A stretch of 64,000 nucleotides of DNA from Amoebophrya sp. A120 (lineage: Eukaryota > Protista > Dinoflagellata), in NCBI GenBank assembly GCA_905178155.1, contig CAJINV010000009.1, positions 2,333,373 through 2,397,372 on the forward strand. The letters are read 5' to 3'. Every line of letters starts with the position of its first letter. Position 1 is the first letter of the stretch. Below, piece by piece: positions 60,090 through 64,000 of this stretch. A program made the position numbers and the translations under genes. The notes below the pieces were generated by a model, which saw only the letters and a program-made list of their open reading frames with translations, made no database searches and was not told the origin of the DNA.

Positions 60090-60772
60090 ATTTTTGAATT
60101 GAAATAAGAATAAATGTTTGCAGAACCAGAACGAGAGCCAGAAGATGAAGAAGAAGTGCAAGTAGTAGTAGGTGAGTACAGCTGAGTTGTTGACGCAGTA
60201 TGTATTCATATGACAACGAGAGTGCCCATCTTCAGTGCTAGAGTTCTCAAGGTGGAGGCGCGCGCCCTGCGGACGCAGAGTGCAACGCACACCGAGGCAC
60301 ATCACAAGACTTTCCTACAGCTCCTGATCACTAGCGTTCGTTACAGCCTCCTTGCGAAAATATTCAACAGCGAGTAGTGTTGTGTACTACATCGCAGCGT
60401 GGCCGGAGCCACGGTCGCAGCGTGGTAATAACTCCAATTCGCAAAAACTTCACAGGCCGCTACAACTACATTTAGAAATAGAAAATCTTGCTCTTAGCAT
60501 GCAAAGCAGAAGGCGATAGCACCAGCATTGAGCACATAAGTGCACGCATGTTTTCCGTACAAGTTAGCTCGCATTTTTTACCTAAGTAGAACGCTCACTT
60601 TGCGATTTTGTCTCCAACTCTACACGCCGAGTAGTGCATGTAGATGTAGTTTTCGACGACGAGGTAGTTGCGTATGTAGTACGAGTAGCTCTAAACGTCG
60701 ACGTGGTGAACGAAGGTGAAAGCAAAGGTGACCTTAGTACAAGATATACAGTAAATAGAAAACAAGATATAC

Positions 60773-63322
60773 TTGAACAGCGACACGTAGCGGGGGTCGT
60801 CGCGCGTGGTCCCCTTTTCCTTGATCACGGTGATCCAGTAGTCCGGCACCAGGCCAATCTCGCGCAGAATTTGATGGCAGACGTTGATCTCCATGACGGA
60901 CACGATGTTTTCGCACATGCGCTGTATTGTGTTTTATTTTTTTATCGTCCAAGAATTCTATTGCAGTCGAAGTCGTACTCGTAGTATGCGCGACACATGA
61001 ACACGCTCTGCTTATTTTCATTGACGATTTAGCATGCAACACCAACAGCAACTGCAACGAAAAATACAAATATAAATTTATCTACCTGGTAGAAGTCCAG
61101 GATGTTGATCTTCTCATGCGGGTGCTTGCGTTTGTAGTCCTCCAATTCGGCAGCAATCTGAAGTAGTGGCTGATGATCCGTTGTTTTATGCAATTCAATA
61201 TCACACCTGCGGCAGAATCTGAACTTGCCCTCAGCATCACATCTGCGTTTGAAATTCTAAAATCAGGACGGGACCCGGACCCGACCCTGGCCCAGACCCC
61301 AACAGATCAACATGGTGAAGTCCGCCCAGAAGCCAACGAAGTCCAAGTACCAGCGCACGGGTGGCAAAGGGCACTTTCGGAAACATACCGCGAAGAAGCA
61401 GTCGAACCGAAAGGCCGTGGCCATCTGCAGCTCCCCAAAACAGGCAGCACGAAAAGCGCCTGCAAAACAAGCACCACCGAAAGCGGTGGCGAAAAACAGT
61501 GCGAAAGATCTGGACTTAGATGATGGCGAGGAGAAGAGCGGCTCGCTGGCGATGCCAGACTGCATCGCGTTTGGGGATGCGCTTGCAGAGAGCAGTGGTC
61601 GAAAGCGGGACGCTGGCAATTTCTACAAACTTGGTTGGTTATTGGCCACTATGACCGGACGGCGCGGAATGGACATTCGCCTTCTTCAGCGCGGCGATCT
61701 GTCGCTAACGAGCGTCCGAGTGGGGAACTCGAAGCTCGCTATCAACAAGGGCGGCCGCGGGAAACTAAAAAACGTCCCGATAGATCCACTGCCCAAGACG
61801 AAAAAATTCCTGCAGAGCATGATAGACTACATGGACTCGGCCGGATATAAAAAAACCGACGCAGTGTTTAGCTTCGGCTACGAAGCGTTTGAAAAGAAGG
61901 CGCGGGAGGTGCGCAAGGACTTCGTGCCGAAACACAAGAAGTCGTGCCCCGCCCACATCATCACGTCCCACACACCAAGGCGCAGCTTGTGCACCCACCT
62001 ACATGCGGCCGGCACAAGCCTGCGCACGATCATGGCCATGACGGGGCACTGCAGCGTCGATACGCTGCATCGCTATAATGAAGGAGATTTTACATACCAG
62101 CGTCTTGCGGCGACAAAGGTGAAATGCTAGCACCGAGGCCGACGCGACCCTTTTACTGCGAACCCGCCCTCGACAGCGACGACGACAATGTCGACGGTCG
62201 CTGCGGACATGCAAGGCATAACAGATGTGACGCTGCGTGGGCGATCAGTCCACCTTGCTCGTGCGAGGTGGACTAAACGTTCAGTTTCACTTTCACACTC
62301 ATGCTGATATATGTGGTAGTATGCAAAACTTTTCAACCGCAAGAACAAGTCCAAGTACAAGCTCGAGCACAACAACAACTACGACTAGATGCACACTTAC
62401 AAAGCCAAAATTTAAAAAAATACCTGCTCCATGATTCCTTGCAGTTTTTCACAGAAGGCTGTTTTTAATGTCGTGTTTGCTTCGTTATCTAAACGAATCC
62501 ACAACGATAATAACGAAGGAAGTTTCGTCATTAAATCGTTGTGGAAAATGAAGGCCCTGGAGAGATTTTTATTTTTTGTTTTTCATTTGTGAAGAGCTAC
62601 ATGCGGATTTGTATGAGAGTAAGTTTGTAAATGTAATTGTATCTCGAGAGAAGGTATTGGTATGATGTCACACGAGACGAATGCAAGCATGAGTGGGTGA
62701 AAGTTGAAAATAATAATGGAGAGCATCATGAAGATAAACATAGACATGAGCATGGTTATTGAAGCACAAATTTTAATCACACAATGGCACCTGAATCCGA
62801 GTTCCTTCCAGCGATTCTCACCGTGGGACTCGAAGTACATCAATCCGGCTTGCCAACTATGATTGAGGCCGACCACTTCGAAAGCGTCGCCATTGTCCAC
62901 GAGGAACATGAATCTCCTCATTACATAATTCCCGCGACACATTTCGCGATATAAAAACTCGCGGTGGCGGGTCGACCTCAGCCGGTTAAACGACGACTCT
63001 TTGATCTTGGGCATCATGCTCTTGCTCACCAGCGCACCGGGCTCGTACTTGTCCGAACGGAAGCGATCGACGAACGTCATCATCTCGTTCTTGGAGACCT
63101 GAAGTTGTAGATTTTTTCTGAAATTACATGAGAAAAATCTGATAAGCATGATGAGTTCTACACTGTTGCATCACGAAAAACACATCCATACAGAAGGGAA
63201 AAAGTACTAATGTATCGCACCTGTCCCTGCTGCCAACGGCCAACGATCATCTTGACTTCCTCCTCAGTCGGCATGTTCAAGGCCTCAGCAAGTTGGCCCT
63301 GAACGGCGGCTCCGAACTGCAT
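60773..63322 (-). CDS. Multi-exon hypothetical protein whose third intron contains the recombinase gene; 3' end unresolved
   Basis: Exons 63322-63221, 63098-62791, 62556-62424, 61157-61086 and 60921-about 60773 are all GT-AG bounded and phase-compatible (0,2,0,0): ...WQQGQ|VSKNEMM...ELGFR|AFIFHND...LQGIMEQ|IAAELEDYK...LDFYQ|RMCENIV... Confidence 0.55.
61312..62130 (+). CDS. Tyrosine recombinase (XerC/D / phage-integrase-like catalytic domain) with a basic N-terminal tail, 272 aa, intronless
   Basis: Full catalytic set: R (LLATMTGRRGMDIRLL), K (AINKGG), HxxR (SHTPRRSLCTHL), H (AMTGH) and Y (DTLHRY). The box II region parallels XerD PHxLRHxFATHL..G.DLRxVQxLLGH....TQIY. Confidence 0.92.
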   Translation: MVKSAQKPTKSKYQRTGGKGHFRKHTAKKQSNRKAVAICSSPKQAARKAPAKQAPPKAVAKNSAKDLDLDDGEEKSGSLAMPDCIAFGDALAESSGRKRDAGNFYKLGWLLATMTGRRGMDIRLLQRGDLSLTSVRVGNSKLAINKGGRGKLKNVPIDPLPKTKKFLQSMIDYMDSAGYKKTDAVFSFGYEAFEKKAREVRKDFVPKHKKSCPAHIITSHTPRRSLCTHLHAAGTSLRTIMAMTGHCSVDTLHRYNEGDFTYQRLAATKVKC

Positions 63323-63465
63323 TTTCACACAAACTTCTGAAGAAAACTACGAAGAAACACTGTCGCTCCTACGGAATTTTTGCTGAAATATTGATGATTT
63401 GTCGCTGCGTTTGACATGAAATTCATGGAAAATTGACAGAAATTCACAACCTCCAAAATCCCCGC

Positions 63466-63596
63466 TCTGGAATAATTCAAGGATCTGAGCTCAAAAACCA
63501 TGGCTTTTCATGAAAATTCCAGGAATTCATCATTAATTTTGCGAATATTTGCCAAAAGTGATGGCTTTTGAGCTCAGATCATGGAATTATTCCAGA
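63466..63596. repeat. 43-bp imperfect inverted repeat upstream of the 63322 gene
   Basis: TCTGGAATAATTCAAGGATCTGAGCTCAAAAACCATGGCTTTT versus the reverse complement TCTGGAATAATTCCATGATCTGAGCTCAAAAGCCATCACTTTT (5 mismatches); no TSD. Confidence 0.8.
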
Positions 63597-64000
63597 ACGA
63601 TGATTTTCGGGATCATGCATTTCAAGCAAAAAATGATGAAAAGCGAAGCAAAAAGTAATGAAGTCGCGCGTAGATTTTTGCTGATCACAGGTTGAAACTT
63701 CATGTATTTGCGTTGTATTTTGCTGGAGGATCTACTGCGAATTCTCTTGGAAATGATGTCTGTTGAGGGGAAAGTTGGCATATGGGGGAACGGTTACAGT
63801 CTCCAGTCGAAGAGTACATGGAAGGGAGCTGGTGTATGGAAATGGATATCGCACAACGAAAATATCAGTGACCGAGTTGCGGAATGGATCGAATACGACC
63901 GAGGACAAAGTGCTTGACTACCTGAAGACGCCTCTTGTATTGCGCGCATTTTCTCACTCATCGCACTTCTCCGCTGCTACGCTTTTTCACTTTCTCCTCA

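Noticed and set aside
61312-62130. The tyrosine recombinase as the enzyme that mobilises the introners
   Set aside because: Variable-sequence 5-bp TSDs with TIRs indicate staggered cuts by a DDE-type enzyme, and no introner TIR flanks the recombinase.
55650-64000. Bacterial or phage contamination explaining the integrase
   Set aside because: Neighbouring genes show phase-consistent GT-AG introns, so the island is eukaryote-adapted; a chimeric join cannot be excluded without reads.

Overview
Eukaryotic nuclear DNA, most consistent with a syndinian dinoflagellate such as Amoebophrya. This is inferred from one-strand gene packing, non-canonical inverted-repeat introns, a myzozoan-type cox1 motif and dinoflagellate-type coiled-coil secreted proteins; no database search was run. 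Positions 1-55.6 kb hold a block of minus-strand, intron-containing genes: a Kelch-BTB protein, a tandem-fused double mitochondrial carrier, a coiled-coil protein, an HtrA-like protease, a MATE transporter, a kinesin, a nuclear-encoded C-terminal fragment of COX1 with a targeting peptide, pterin dehydratase and several unknowns. Nine MITE-like elements in three families, all with TAT...ATA ends and exact 5-bp target-site duplications (TSDs), are present; eight sit in coding sequence, and removing them restores the frame although none can be read as GT-AG. Two larger non-coding foldback elements with 6-bp TSDs lie between genes. From about 55.7 kb to the end is a distinct island: iteron-like repeats and hairpins, orphan genes with only canonical introns, and an intronless XerC/D-like tyrosine recombinase with a histone-H3-tail-like N-terminus. 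The recombinase lies antisense inside a predicted intron of another gene, making the island a candidate large recombinase-encoding mobile element or endogenous virus. All exon structures were reconstructed by eye.
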